Assembly: GCA_951406725.2 (NCBI GenBank) | Contig: OX597819.1 | Coordinates: forward strand, 39,432,001 to 39,496,000 | Direction of reading: 5' to 3' | DNA from: Octopus vulgaris | Lineage: Eukaryota | Length of the DNA: 64,000 bases | In this document: positions 1 to 13,359 of the stretch, piece after piece | How positions within the stretch are numbered: the first letter of the stretch is position 1 | Layout of the letters: the number at the start of each line of letters is the position of its first letter | The notes under the pieces: model-generated | Database searches by the model: none | Told to the model about the DNA's origin: nothing | Seen by the model: the letters and a program-made list of their open reading frames with translations, nothing else | Made by a program: the position numbers and the translations under genes

Positions 1-324
1 ATGTATGTATGTATGTGTGTATGTATGTATGCATGTATGTATGTATGTATGTATGTATGTATGTATGCATGCATGTATGTATGTGTGTATGTATGTGTGT
101 GTATGTATGTATGTATGTGTGTGTGTGTATGTATATATGTATGTATGTATGCATATATGTATGTATCCCTGCCTGCTTACATGCATGTACGCATGCATGC
201 ACGCTTGCATGCATGCATGTATGCATATATGTATAGATGTATGCATGTATGTTTGTATGCATGCATGTATGTATATGTATACACACACACGTACACACAT
301 ATGTATATGTGTATGTATATATGC

Positions 325-360
<36 letters not shown>
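1..360. repeat. Compound (TATG)n/(TG)n/(TA)n microsatellite, representative of many such tracts in the window
   Basis: Read directly; explains the MYVC/IYIY-type ORFs. Confidence 0.95.
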
Positions 361-364
<4 letters not shown>

Positions 365-619
365 CGGTTTCAATTCCCAGACCGGGCGTTGAGTGTTTAT
401 TGAGCGAAAACACATAAAGCTCCACGAGGCCCCGGCAGGGGGTGGTGGCGATCCCTGATGTACTCTTTCGCCACAACTTTCTCTCACTCTTTCTTCTGTT
501 GGCCTGCTCGCTTAGCCAGCGGGGTGGCGTCATTTAAAGGCTAAAACAATGCGAAGCGCATTGTGACCAGCGATGTATAGCAACATCTGATAGCCTGGTC
601 GGTCACGGTGATCACGGTG

Positions 620-622
<3 letters not shown>
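361..622 (+). mobile_element. tRNA-derived SINE, 5'-truncated, tail type A, flanked by (TA)n
   Basis: Near-identical to the reverse complement of 63168-63472, which keeps the full tRNA-like head. Starts at the B-box region GGTTTCAATTCCC. Confidence 0.8.
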
Positions 623-674
<52 letters not shown>

Positions 675-1101
675 TCTATATATACATATATATATATGTA
701 TATACATACATATATATGCAGACGTGCACATGCACACACTCACACAGATATGTCAAGAAGGCGACAAGTTGATCTTCTTAGATATGGTTGATACCTTTTC
801 TACACGCGACAACAGCTGTTCTACTTAACTCTTCTATATACCAATGTCCGTAGTGGTTTTGTCACCGTGCACATCTACGACAATAGCTAAAGCGTGGCTG
901 ACGCCACTTCTGTGCCTGTTTATAGCGTTTGTCCTCAATCGGCAGTGCAGTCACCCATTGGTACTACTGACAGGCCAGATTGGGTAATTGACAGTAGGCT
1001 CTGAGCAGAAAATCTTTCTGAGACAAGCTGTTTTGTTGACCTCTGACGATGTCCAGAGTTACCCCGAAAATATCGCATCCTCTATAGACTGCAGAACTGA
1101 T

Positions 1102-1534
1102 GGATCTTTTCGGTTTGAACGGCAGTTTTTTCTAGCGGTGTCATATGAAATTGTCACCCATAATTATGACCCTAGTAGCGATCTATTGCATTTCAATCTA
1201 TTTTAGGGTTAGGGTTAGTTAGGGTTAGGGATGGGGGTGAGGGGAAGGGTGTCTTTTTTTCTTCACAAATGTAAATAAACCCAATCTGTTTCTTAAACGA
1301 GGGACATATTCATACGGCACAGAATGTTTTTTTTACCTCAATAGACACCACTGATTGGTTGAAATTGCAGAAATTGCAGAAAATAACAAATATCTTACAA
1401 ACTATAGAATTTTCTCAATTAAAGCCATAAGAAAAAGGTGTTTTATAAACACATTCTACCAGTATACGAAGTTTAAAATTTTTTAGTTACATAGAAATTA
1501 TGTTAAAATCTGCCGTTCAAACCTTTAAAGATCC
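1102..1534 (+). mobile_element. MITE with imperfect ~25-bp TIRs and a perfect 8-bp TSD (GAACTGAT)
   Basis: TIR GGATCTTTTCGGTTTGAACGGCAG at left and CTGCCGTTCAAACCTTTAAAGATCC at right. GAACTGAT at 1094-1101 and 1535-1542. Internal TTAGGG repeats. Confidence 0.9.
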
Positions 1535-1825
1535 GAACTGATATATCACAAACCGCAATGCCCGACTCATAGAAAACTATTAGTGCTTGATAACATTTCC
1601 AGGCGTCAATTCATTTTATTCCCTTGGTCTTGGACTATAGATTTATTAAAGAAACGCACTGTGAGAAGACATTCGTTTAACACACCAAGTCACCGTCTAG
1701 AAATTTATGCAGATATTGCCGTCTCAGCATATATGTTCGAAACAGCAACTATGAGATACTAAGTTCTTTGCACTGAGGGTATTTGCAGCAGATGACCCTC
1801 CTGATCGTTTTTGTATACATAATTA

Positions 1826-2260
1826 GGATCATTTCGGTTTGAACGGCAGTTTTTAACATAATTTCTAGGTAACTAAAAAATTTTAAACTTCATATACTGG
1901 TAGAAAGTGTTTATAAAACATCTTTTTCTCTTGGTTTTATTGAGAAAATTCTATAGTTTGTAAGATATTTGTTGTTTTTTTTCTTCAATTTCTGAAATTT
2001 CAACCAATCAGTGACGTCTATTGAGGTAAAAAAAACATTCTGTGCCGTACGAATATGTCACTTGTTTAAGAAACAGATTGGGTTTATTTACATTTGTGAA
2101 GAAAAAAAAGATACCCTTCCCCCACCCCTAACCCTAAACCTAACTAACCCTAACCCTAGAATAGATTGAAATGCAATAGATCGATACTAGGGTCATAATT
2201 ATGGGTGACAATTTCATATGACACCGCTAGAAAAAACTGTCGTTCAAACCGAAAAGATCC
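1826..2260 (-). mobile_element. Second copy of the same MITE, inverted
   Basis: Reverse-complement match to 1102-1534. Same TIRs. TSD CATAATTA / CATATTTA with 1 mismatch. Confidence 0.9.
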
Positions 2261-2533
2261 CATATTTATATATTTAAGTATGCTTGTGCATACTTGCTTC
2301 TGTATACATTGTATACACGCATTTATGCATGTTGATGCATGCCTGCGTGCGTTTGTTGTATGCATGTATATATGTGTGAACTGCATGTGTACTACATGTA
2401 AATGCTTGCATTTGCAATTTTCATTATGCATGTTTGTTTGCATGGTGGTGTGTGTATATATGTAGGTGCATTCATGCATGTGTATATGGGTAAGTTTGCA
2501 TACAAACACGCACATTTGTAGACATATATACAT

Positions 2534-2565
<32 letters not shown>

Positions 2566-2676
2566 GTATATATATTTATATATGCATGTGCATGTAAGCG
2601 TATGCATGTATACATATGCAGGCACACTAGTATGCGTATGTTTCTACAAACACACACACACACACATACACACATA

Positions 2677-3090
2677 TTTTACTCTTCTATTTGTTTCAGT
2701 CATTTGACTGCGGCCATACTGGAGCACCGCTTTCAGTCGGACAAATCGACCCCAGGACTAATTCTTTGCAAGCCTAGTGCTTATTCTATCGGAATTTTTT
2801 TTTTTGCCGAACCGCTAAGTTATGGTGACGTAAACACACTACCATCGGTTGTCAAGCGATGTTGGGGGGAAAAACACAGACACAGAAGCATATACACATA
2901 CATACATACACAATATATACATACATACATACATACTTTTAGTTTCCATCTACCCAATCCATTCACAAGGCTATAGAAGCTCGAAGCTATAGAAGAAGAC
3001 ACTCGCCCAAGATCCCACGCAGTGGGACTGAACCAGAAACCATTTGCTTGATAAGTGAGCTACTTACCACACAGCCACTCCTGCGCCTAT
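2677..3090 (-). mobile_element. tRNA-derived SINE family 1 (CORE-like, resembling octopus OR-type SINEs)
   Basis: Family head ATAGGCGCAGGAGTGGCTGTGTGGTAAG, then CTTGGGC(A/G)AGTG CORE-like motif, tail GCAGTCAAATGACTGAAACAA. More than 10 copies in the window. Confidence 0.85.
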
Positions 3091-3093
3091 ATA

Positions 3094-3230
<137 letters not shown>

Positions 3231-3695
3231 GCATACGTACACACACACACATACATACATATATATATGCATATGTACATGTGCATATGCATATATATAC
3301 ATCTGCACACTCCAGTCACTCAGTGGCTGCTATCGGCGTGTGTATACGACATGCCTGCATTTTATATACGTGTAAATATATCTAATATGACGGAGTAAAC
3401 AATTTCATCCGCCGCATCCAAGGCCCACATTCACACGGCCTCTTAAAATTTTGTTCTTCCAGCACCTATAATAAGTAACAACTCATAGCTAGCGGCACCT
3501 TTCTGCCTCTGTTTACTCTCAGCTTATTCTCGGTCTCTATGCTTCCTCCTCCTCCTCCTCTTTCTCTCTCTTCACCGCTTCTCTTCTCTTCTTCGCCTCA
3601 CACGCCTTCTCCCGCAATGCACACACTTCTCCCGCCTTTAATAATTTCGTTTTTCTCCGCCTTATTCCTTAAGCTTACTCTTTCGCCTATTTCTC

Positions 3696-3727
<32 letters not shown>

Positions 3728-3843
3728 TCCACCACCTTAATCCTCTCAATCAACCATTAAATATTTTTATTAGCATAATATACCTCTGCGTTTCTTTTTA
3801 TCTCCACCTTCGTTCCGCTTCTAGGCTTCTCAGCTCCTCCTCC

Positions 3844-3918
<75 letters not shown>

Positions 3919-3939
3919 GTCTGTCTGTCTGTCTGTCTA

Positions 3940-3976
<37 letters not shown>

Positions 3977-4005
3977 ATTTCTGTCTGTATTTCTGTCTGT
4001 ATCTG

Positions 4006-4078
<73 letters not shown>

Positions 4079-4142
4079 TTATCAGTCTCTCTGTCTGTCT
4101 GCTTCGTTCTCTCTTTCTCTCTAGCAGCCTCACTCTCTCTCT

Positions 4143-4190
<48 letters not shown>

Positions 4191-4431
4191 GTCTTTGTCC
4201 CTTCTGTTACTATTCAAAACAATAAAATTTAACTAATTTAACACTTAGAGGAGGAATTAAAACAACCCCAATACATACGTGCATGCACCCCCCCCCCCCA
4301 CACACACACTCACACACACACTGTCGCCCCTTTCTCTCTTTCTCCCTCTCTACCAATCTCTCTCCCTCCATAACACACTCATACAAACAACAGCAATAAT
4401 AATAGTGGTCATCATCATCATCATCATCATT

Positions 4432-4478
<47 letters not shown>

Positions 4479-4933
4479 TACCAACCACGACCACTACCAC
4501 CACCACCACTACCATCATCATCATCATTATCACCGTTATTGTCATCGTCGTCGCCGTCGTCGTCATCATCACCACCATCATCTCAGCGTCACCATAATTT
4601 CTTTATTTTGCTGTAAAGTGTGACAGATAGTGGAGACATTACAAATCGCAAATAAGTAAATAGATAAATAACCCCCCCTCCAAAAATTAACCACCCCCAG
4701 CCCGCCTCCCAAAAAAAAAAAAAAGAATCGTTAGATTCATAATAATATTTAACATGAACAAAAATGGAATAAAAAAAAAACTAATGAAGTTGTTAACATG
4801 AAGGGTGTTGAGAAGAAAAACAAAAGAAGAAAAAAAAACAACAGAAAAAAAAGAAAAACAAAGAAAGATGGAAAGAAAACTGATGAGAGTTCTCAAGTCG
4901 GAACTATGTAAAACACACACATACATATATATA

Positions 4934-5025
<92 letters not shown>

Positions 5026-5123
5026 TGTATATATATATACACACACACATATACATATATACATACATACACACATACATATATGTATATATATACCTAC
5101 ATACACACAAACTTATATATACA

Positions 5124-5160
<37 letters not shown>

Positions 5161-5221
5161 CTATGTATATAAATATATATATACATACCCACACATATAT
5201 ACATATATATGTGTGTATATA

Positions 5222-5378
<157 letters not shown>

Positions 5379-5492
5379 GCATGTATGTCTGTATGTATAT
5401 ATGTGTGTATGTGTGTATGCGTGCATGTAACAAGGTTAATTGAAAATTCAGTTGAACACAGTGGAGCTATGTATGTCTGCCTTACACCATTG

Positions 5493-5552
5493 ACTTCCTG
5501 GCAAGAGGGCGATTGGGACTTTGAAGCTGGCTTCCGGTTTACTCTGACGTCA
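5493..5552. promoter_or_regulatory. Candidate cis-regulatory cluster: two ETS sites, a CCAAT box and a full CRE
   Basis: ACTTCCTG 5493-5500, GATTGG 5511-5516, CTTCCGGT 5531-5538 and TGACGTCA 5545-5552 in a unique GC-richer island. Confidence 0.3.
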
Positions 5553-6079
5553 TGCTGGTGGAGAGGTGTGGCGGTCGGTGCTGGATACAATTGCTGGTGT
5601 AGCTGCTGTTACTGCTGCGTATCATTGCTGCTGTTGCCTCTGCTGTTGCTGTTGCTGATGTTGCTGCTGCTGCTGCTGCTGCTGCTTTTGCTGCTGATGA
5701 TGATGACGATGATGATGATATTGTTGTTTAAATTATTGGTGTTGCTATTTCGGTTGCTCTTGTTGTTGTTGTTGTTATTACTACGATACCTGTGATGCAC
5801 GGTTTTTCGAAAAGTTAAACTTTTTCGTTCTCTTCTTCGTTTTCTCTCTTGTTCTTGAACGTCATCTCCTTCATCCTCATCCTTCCCCTTCCTTCTTCCT
5901 CTCCCCCTCTTCCCCTCCCCCTCTTCCCCTCCCCTCCTCCTAACAACAACAACAACAATAACAATAATAATAACAATACTACTACTACTACTCCTCTTCC
6001 TCCTCCTCCTCCTCCTCCTACTACTACTACTACTACCACCACCACCACCACCACCACCACCACCACCACCACCACCACC

Positions 6080-6119
<40 letters not shown>

Positions 6120-6473
6120 ATAATAATACTAATAATATCAATGATGATGATGATCATGATGATGATTATAATAATAATAATAATAATAATAATAATTATT
6201 ATTATTATTATTATTGCATATGCAACCTTTTGTGCCCTTGAGCAATGAACACCAGCCAGCAGAAGTAAGGAAATGATTCGGCTTGGGGAGTAGAACTGTC
6301 ATCGCCTGCAACTATAGACCTCCAAGTGGCTCCGTCGGTGTGCAGAATTTCTATGTTGACGCAATAGAAACCTCAGTTACTACCCCCGACATAAACTTAG
6401 CACCACCACCACCACCACCACCACCACCACATCCCCAACCACCACCACCACCGCTGCAGCCGCCACCCTCCCT

Positions 6474-6515
<42 letters not shown>

Positions 6516-7087
6516 ACAACAACAACAACAACATCATCTTCAACACATCAGTCAGCATCACTGACACCGCTATTACCACCATCATAACCACCACTGCCAA
6601 CAACACCACCGCTACCCCTATCACCATCACTCACCATCATCATCACCACTGTCATAACCACCTCTGCCACAACAAACACCATCACCAACATTATCAGCAT
6701 CATAACCTGAACCATCACCATTGATATCACTACTATGACTACTGCAGCCAACATCATCACATACATCACCACTACCACCTTCTGGTACAGTCACTAACAC
6801 GTCACAATATATATATATATATAATACAAAATGGGACAAGAACACAAAACATCCAAATAGACGATACAAAAAACACGGACGGGTCATTCGAAGCCTTTAA
6901 TTTTCAGTCAAGAACCTGATCATCCTCGCAATGACCAGCCCCGAGGAAAAACTAAGCTAAGAGCATTAGATTCCTTGGAAAAGGGATCGAATGTATACGA
7001 AACAAGGCCAGAAAAACGGACGATGTTACACGAATATAAATACAAAAGAAAAAAAACAAAAAAATAATACGAATATAAATACAAATG

Positions 7088-7158
<71 letters not shown>

Positions 7159-7159
7159 G

Positions 7160-7222
<63 letters not shown>

Positions 7223-7413
7223 GGACATAACAACAGGCGTCTTTCGACAAGTGACGAATTGAATTCAGCTGGCGTATTGAGAATAAGCCTCATGTCAGAC
7301 GAAAATAACGATGTTACCGTGCCCGTGGTCCGACGCAGAAGGGCTAGTCGGCCAGCGGTCACGTGAGAAGAGAAGAGAGAGAAAAAGAGGAGCAAAGGAA
7401 TTAAGGAGGGGGA

Positions 7414-7452
<39 letters not shown>

Positions 7453-7514
7453 TGATAAATGGTAAGACAACAAAAGAAAGAAAGAGACCTAGAAATTAAG
7501 TAAATAGAGGAATT

Positions 7515-7677
7515 TATCTGTAAATGTTATATGAGACAATTATTCGGTTGCCATGATAAAACCCCGAGTTTCGGATGCCGAGGTGGAAATCCACGCCGCC
7601 ATCTCTTCAGTTATCCGACCATCCGAAACTCGGAGTTTTATCATGGCTACCGAATAGTTGTCTCATATTACATTTAC

Positions 7678-7682
<5 letters not shown>
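7515..7682. repeat. Fold-back inverted repeat (63-bp arms, 42-nt spacer), Penelope-like terminal structure
   Basis: 7515-7577 is the reverse complement of 7620-7682 with about 4 mismatches. Abuts (TA)n. Confidence 0.9.
7555..7615 (-). ncRNA. Type I hammerhead ribozyme motif
   Basis: Minus strand GATAA-CTGAAGA-GATG...CATCC-GAAAC-TCGGG-GTT^TTATC. Stem I GATAA/TTATC, intact core, GUU triplet, one extra C at the base of stem II. Confidence 0.7.
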
Positions 7683-7748
<66 letters not shown>

Positions 7749-7749
7749 G

Positions 7750-7785
<36 letters not shown>

Positions 7786-8902
7786 CATCGATTACATCAC
7801 CTCCATTAGTACCCCATTACAAGATACACACCTCTATAAACATTATCGAAACCCTTTTTATTATCAACATCACTCTCAACATAACTATTACCTCCCTTTA
7901 CTCCTTCTCATCTCTCCCGTTCATGTTCTCAGTCTTTCTACTTCTATGATCGCTTTTCTCATCCTCTCACGTGAAATGCAAATCTAATTTTCTCTTTTTA
8001 AATTCCTGTGTTTCTACGCATTTTGCTTAATGAGTTAATTATTTTTTTAATGAGAAACGTTGAAGAATGAAAATAAGTTCAGAGAACACCGAGGTCGTGA
8101 TGCAGTTTTGATTTTCGTTTGAATCAGTTCGCTTGATTTATTACTTACAGCTTTCTGTCTCCCTGTTTCTAGGAATTTCCTTCACCCTTTCCAGAGTCTC
8201 TGGGAGTGGTGAGAAAGGAAGAAGTTATCCATAGAATGGAAACCTGAATCGAATGATGGCAACAAAGGAGACTCCTTTAAAGACACTCCATGATCAGATG
8301 ATAATGCTTATTGGGCGGTAAACTAAATACTCCAAAATGATGTTTGTCGGTCGTATCGAAGGATTGAATCTCAAAGCATGTAAATGCGAAGAGAACTGAT
8401 TAGTCCTGCAGCCATACCTGTGTTCATATCACTATAGTAAAAATAACCAGAAACATCGCCGAACAGAAGATTCGAGACACTATCTATTTATCGCCACAAG
8501 AAATATTTTCTGTTGCACAACTATCCGAAAAGTTCGCAGGAATTACTTAACTTGTAGAGCCAAACACAGAGTTCAAGGCAAGCTAGTCCCTCCTGTTGTC
8601 ATCCGTCGGTAAAAGTGAATATTCTGCATAATAGCAAAACCGGCGACCAGTCTCGATAGAATTTGTTCGGGTGTGTTGCACAACACAACCTGGCTGCTTC
8701 CGACTAATATCAACCGACTCAGCAAGTGTCTTTTCAGCATAACTTATTCATCGTCGTATCTTTCAATGAACGCACGCGATGTGAAATTTGGTTCCCATTA
8801 AAAGTTTCACACCGCATGCTGTTACATATAAAATCTACACTGTATATTCATGCATTGAGTACATTTTCTTCAATTCCAAGCAAATGGGAGTATATATATA
8901 TA

Positions 8903-9281
8903 TGTTTCAGTCATTTGACTGCAGCCATGCTGGAGCACCGTCTTAAAGGGTTTAAATCTAACAAATCGACTTCAGGACTTATATTCTAAGGCCTGGTAAT
9001 TATTCTATCGAGCTCTTTTGCCGTAGCGCAAGTTACGGGGATGTAAGCACACCAACATCGGTTGTCAAGCGGTGGAAGAGGGCAAACAAGACAAATACAC
9101 AAATATGCGCGCGCGTGCACACACATATACGATGGGTTTCTTTCAGTTTCCATCTGCCAAATACACTCAGAATAGTTTGGTAGGCCTGCGGATATAGCAG
9201 AAAACGCTTGCCCAAGGTGCCATGCAGTGGGACTGAACACGAGACAATGTGATTGGGAAACAGTCATCTTACCACACAGTC
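8903..9281 (-). mobile_element. SINE family 1 copy
   Basis: Similar to 2677-3090 and 14165-14627. Confidence 0.8.
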
Positions 9282-9364
<83 letters not shown>

Positions 9365-9826
9365 AGTGTGTGTGTGTGTGTTGTATGTGTGTGTGTACGT
9401 ATGTAAGTATGTGTATGTATGTACGCATGTATGTATATATGCACGTATATAGATATAGAAAGAAAAGACACGTTGAAACTTGTAGTCTTTCAAAAGATTT
9501 ATGCACATTTACATGCAACAGGCTTCAAAATTACATTTCACACACACACACACTTATACGTATTAGTTTTCTGTTACTGAGTTAAATGACCTAAGTTTTT
9601 TTAATGTGAGAAGTCGTTGTGCCTCCGGGAGCGTATTTCTATTTTAAAGCTCCAGTCATTTCCATTTCTTACAGTAGTGGTTTATTGTCGTAAAATATTT
9701 TAAGGAAAGGGAAGTACGGAGTGCATTGCGCCTTTTCCGAAAGGTCATAAAGATATAAATAAGACGAAATGGATTTTAATGTGGGATTGAAATCGCATCG
9801 CATTAGCAGTTTCCCCGAAAACTTAC

Positions 9827-9872
9827 CTCTTACTCTACGGCGTTCGCCATTTCTGTCTTCATGTTATCCATT
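9827..9872 (-). other. Candidate short exon (46 nt, or 39 nt with the inner donor)
   Basis: Minus strand gtttcag|AATGGATAACATGAAGACAGAAATGGCGAACGCCGTAGA(gtaaga)G|gtaagt. The 39-nt form reads MDNMKTEMANAV. Confidence 0.3.
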
Positions 9873-10365
9873 CTGAAACGGTGATTTACCAAATTGCTCC
9901 TAATTAATGTCAATTGATAGAAAAGCCAGGGGCTTTTATGAAAACAATGACGCAGATTGATACGGGAAAAGCAACACTTAAAAGTTAAAGTGTGTTATTT
10001 AAACATGTTTAAGCATTTGCTATGAAAAGAATTAATCTGAAAGTTGTATCTGTCTGACGCATGCACGCGCCATTTGCAAATACCAAAGCGTAACATTTTG
10101 AAATATGGCTGCAAAAATATCATTATTTAAAATTTCAAATTATTCTGTAAGCGATCAGTTAGAGATAACACTATTATAGTTATGTCAAAAGAAGATAAAT
10201 TTAGATTTGTAAAATCGATAATCAGTTGATGTAAAGATTTATTAAACTGAATTGCTTCAGTTCATTTCAAACAGATACTACTTCTAAGATTTCATTAGCA
10301 TATTGGTACACAAATGCACTTAAACAGAAACGCTTAAATCCATCCATCCATCCATCCATCCAACC

Positions 10366-10587
<222 letters not shown>

Positions 10588-10675
10588 TTACCCACGCATA
10601 TGTGCATCCACCCATCCATCAATCCATCCATCCATCAATCCATCCATCCATACATCCATACATCGATCCATCTAT

Positions 10676-10907
10676 ACTTTTTTTACTCTTTTACTTGTTT
10701 AAGTCATTTGACTGTGGCCATGCTGGAGCACCGCCTTTAGTTGAGCAAATCGACGCCAGGACTTACTCTTTGTAAGCCTAGTACTTATTCTATCGGTCTC
10801 TTTTACCGAACCGCTAAGTTATGGGGACGTAAATACACCAGCATCGGTTGTCAAGCGATGTTGGGGGGACAAACACAGGCACACAAACATACACACATAC
10901 TCACACA

Positions 10908-10969
<62 letters not shown>

Positions 10970-11138
10970 CTTATACGACGGGCTTTCAGTTTTCGTCTAC
11001 CAAATCCACTCACAAGGCTTTGGTCGGCCCGAGGATATAGTAGAAGACATTTGCCCAAGGTGCGACGCAGTGGGACTGAACCCAGAACCATGTGGTTGGT
11101 AAGCAAGCTACTTACCACACAGCCAGTCCTACGCCTAT
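10676..11138 (-). mobile_element. SINE family 1 copy, full length
   Basis: Head and tail both present; internal (CA)n/(TA)n. Confidence 0.85.
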
Positions 11139-11507
11139 ACATACATACATATGCATTTTTTCTATTTTCATATCTATATATTGGACATAAGAGGTTAAAA
11201 ATATAGGCAAATATACTTTTAAAAAGCGAACAGTGTGTATTTTAGTGTGTAGATAAAGTTGAAATAATTTTACATGTATACGTTTACTAAATATATGAAG
11301 TGTTGCTGTGCAAATTGATCCTATGGTTACATTACAGTACTTACTTTGCAAAAAGAGTTAAAGGACAGCTCGACTAGTTTCGCGTGGTCCCTTTGATGTC
11401 ACACGAGAGAGAGAGAGAGAGAAAGAGAGGGAAGGAGCGGGAGAAGATTAGGAAGATATAACATAAAATACTCAAGAAAACTGTTACTTGTTTTACTTAT
11501 TTGCAAA

Positions 11508-11725
11508 TGCGACGAGCTGGTAGAAACGTTAGCGCGCCGGGCGAAATGTTTAGCGGTATTTCGTCTGTCGTTACGTTCTGAGTTCAAATTCCCCCGAAGT
11601 CGACTTTGCCTTTCATCCTTTCGGGGTCGATAAATAAAGTACCAGTTTCGCAATGGGGTCAATGTAATCGACTTAATCCCTTTGTCTGTCCTTGTTTGTC
11701 CCTTCTATGTGGGCAGTAAAGAAAT
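11508..11725 (+). mobile_element. SINE family 2 (Meta-domain-like)
   Basis: GAGCTGGTAGAAACGTTAGC A-box-like, GAGTTCAAATTCC B-box, then GCCTTTCATCCTTTCGGGGTCGATAAATAAAGTACCAG, which resembles the Meta domain. Confidence 0.8.
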
Positions 11726-11896
11726 ATATTTGCAAATGCGTGTGTATATTTTGGCGGCAAATATTTCTAATTAAACACCGAGACAGCCTGAGCGTATGTG
11801 TGCGCATGTGTGAGTGTATGTCTGTGTGTGCATGTGTGCGTGTGCATGTGTGTGTATGTGTGTGTGAGGATAACTTATGTAAAACATTTTTTTTGT

Positions 11897-12095
11897 GACC
11901 CCCTTCGGTCATGAATGACCATGGGATTGCACCTAGAAAGTTACCCTCCGAGGCACAAGTCTGGGCAAGGTTGTTTATGGAAGACCAGCAGTCACCCACG
12001 CATACCAGCCTCCCCTCCCCACGCCACCGATGTTATCCAAGGGAAAGGCAAAGGGGCCGATATAGCTTGGCACCAGTGACGTCGCAGCTCATTTA
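11897..12095 (-). mobile_element. SINE family 3, 3' half; head displaced by the adjacent SINE
   Basis: Matches 62687-62885, whose full copy carries a tRNA-like head. Confidence 0.75.
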
Positions 12096-12371
12096 TTAAC
12101 GTGCAAGTGGCTGAGCACTCCACAGACACGTGTACTCGGGAGATTCAGCGTGATACAGAGTGACAAGGCTGGCCCTTTGAAATACAGATACAACAGAAAC
12201 AGGAAGACAGAGTGAGAGAAAGTTGTGGTGAATGAGTACAGCAGGGTTCACCCCCACCCCCTTTAGGTGTTTTCGCTCAATAAACACTCACAATGCCCGG
12301 TCTGGGAATCGAATCCGCGATCCTATGACCGCGAGTCCGCTGCCCTAACCACTGGGCCATTGCGCCTCCAC
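12096..12371 (-). mobile_element. tRNA-derived SINE with the same head/body as 63168-63472 but tail type B
   Basis: Minus-strand head TGGCCCAGTGGTTAGGGCAGCGGACTCGCGG...GGATTCGATTCCC; diverges from tail A after CACAACTTTCTCTCACTCT. Confidence 0.8.
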
Positions 12372-12774
12372 GTAAAACATCTACAAGTCATTAAATATAC
12401 ATTTAGCTTCACTGTGTAAATAGACCATGTTCAGAACGAACCAAAGAACAACTCGACTAATTTCGCCTTGTTACTAAAGGCACTCATTCAAATTTAATCC
12501 CTCTAACAAGAACAAATATTTCATATTGTAAGGAGTGAGATGTGTAATATTAATTCATGCCTTTCCCGTCCGCCTCTTTTAGCTTTCATTTATTTATTTA
12601 TTTATTGACTGGTTTTAATCATGGTGAACTATTTCTTTCAAGACTCATTCGTCTCAACGCCTGTATTCATTTGATTCACTTTGGAACTTATTTCATTTAC
12701 AAATATTTAGGGAATAGCTAGGTTTACCTTTTTTTGATACATTTTTACGCACACATGCTCGCACGTGCACACAA

Positions 12775-12844
<70 letters not shown>

Positions 12845-13359
12845 GAGTCGGTTTTAGCACAGTTTCTGCTTATCATATCGAACATATAAGGTATTAGCTA
12901 TTTCAAGGCTACTGTAGAAGACACTTGTACTGAAGCTATGGCAATCACGAAACAATTTTTTCCATCTCTAAATTTCAAATATTGATCACTTTAATAAATA
13001 ACTAAACTTACTATTAAACTACTTTTCATATAACCTGGCTCTCTTATTTGATGTACTTTGTTTTAACAGCACTAGCAGTTGTCAAGAAATGGAGTCTGAG
13101 TGGCTTACTATAACCTAATATCAATAGCCTACTGTGAGGAGAACTTTACTATAATTACAGCGATAACAAAGTAAAATAAATTCTCGTCTTGTGTGGTAAT
13201 TTAACAGGAAGCCTACGTTTCCTTCTATCAGCACTTATTTTTGTTTCAGTGATGAGTATATGAATGAAAATCGAAAGCAAAAAGCCTACTACTTTGTCAA
13301 TATAATCAATTGGTTGGAAAATCTGATGCTGTGAATAGCTAAAAAAAACTACACCCGCT

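Noticed and set aside
1043-1075. CTGACGA...GAAA as another hammerhead
   Set aside because: Stem II and stem I do not pair.
1203-1230. TTAGGG repeats as a telomere or fusion scar
   Set aside because: Only four units, internal to a MITE and present in both copies.
5600-5790. Minus-strand poly-Q/poly-H coding exon
   Set aside because: Stops flank the tract in every frame; kept only as a non-coding candidate.
6283-6400. VIACNYRPPSG resembling a CAP-domain CNY motif or APE endonuclease YRPP
   Set aside because: Short isolated match with no other family motifs and no acceptor site.
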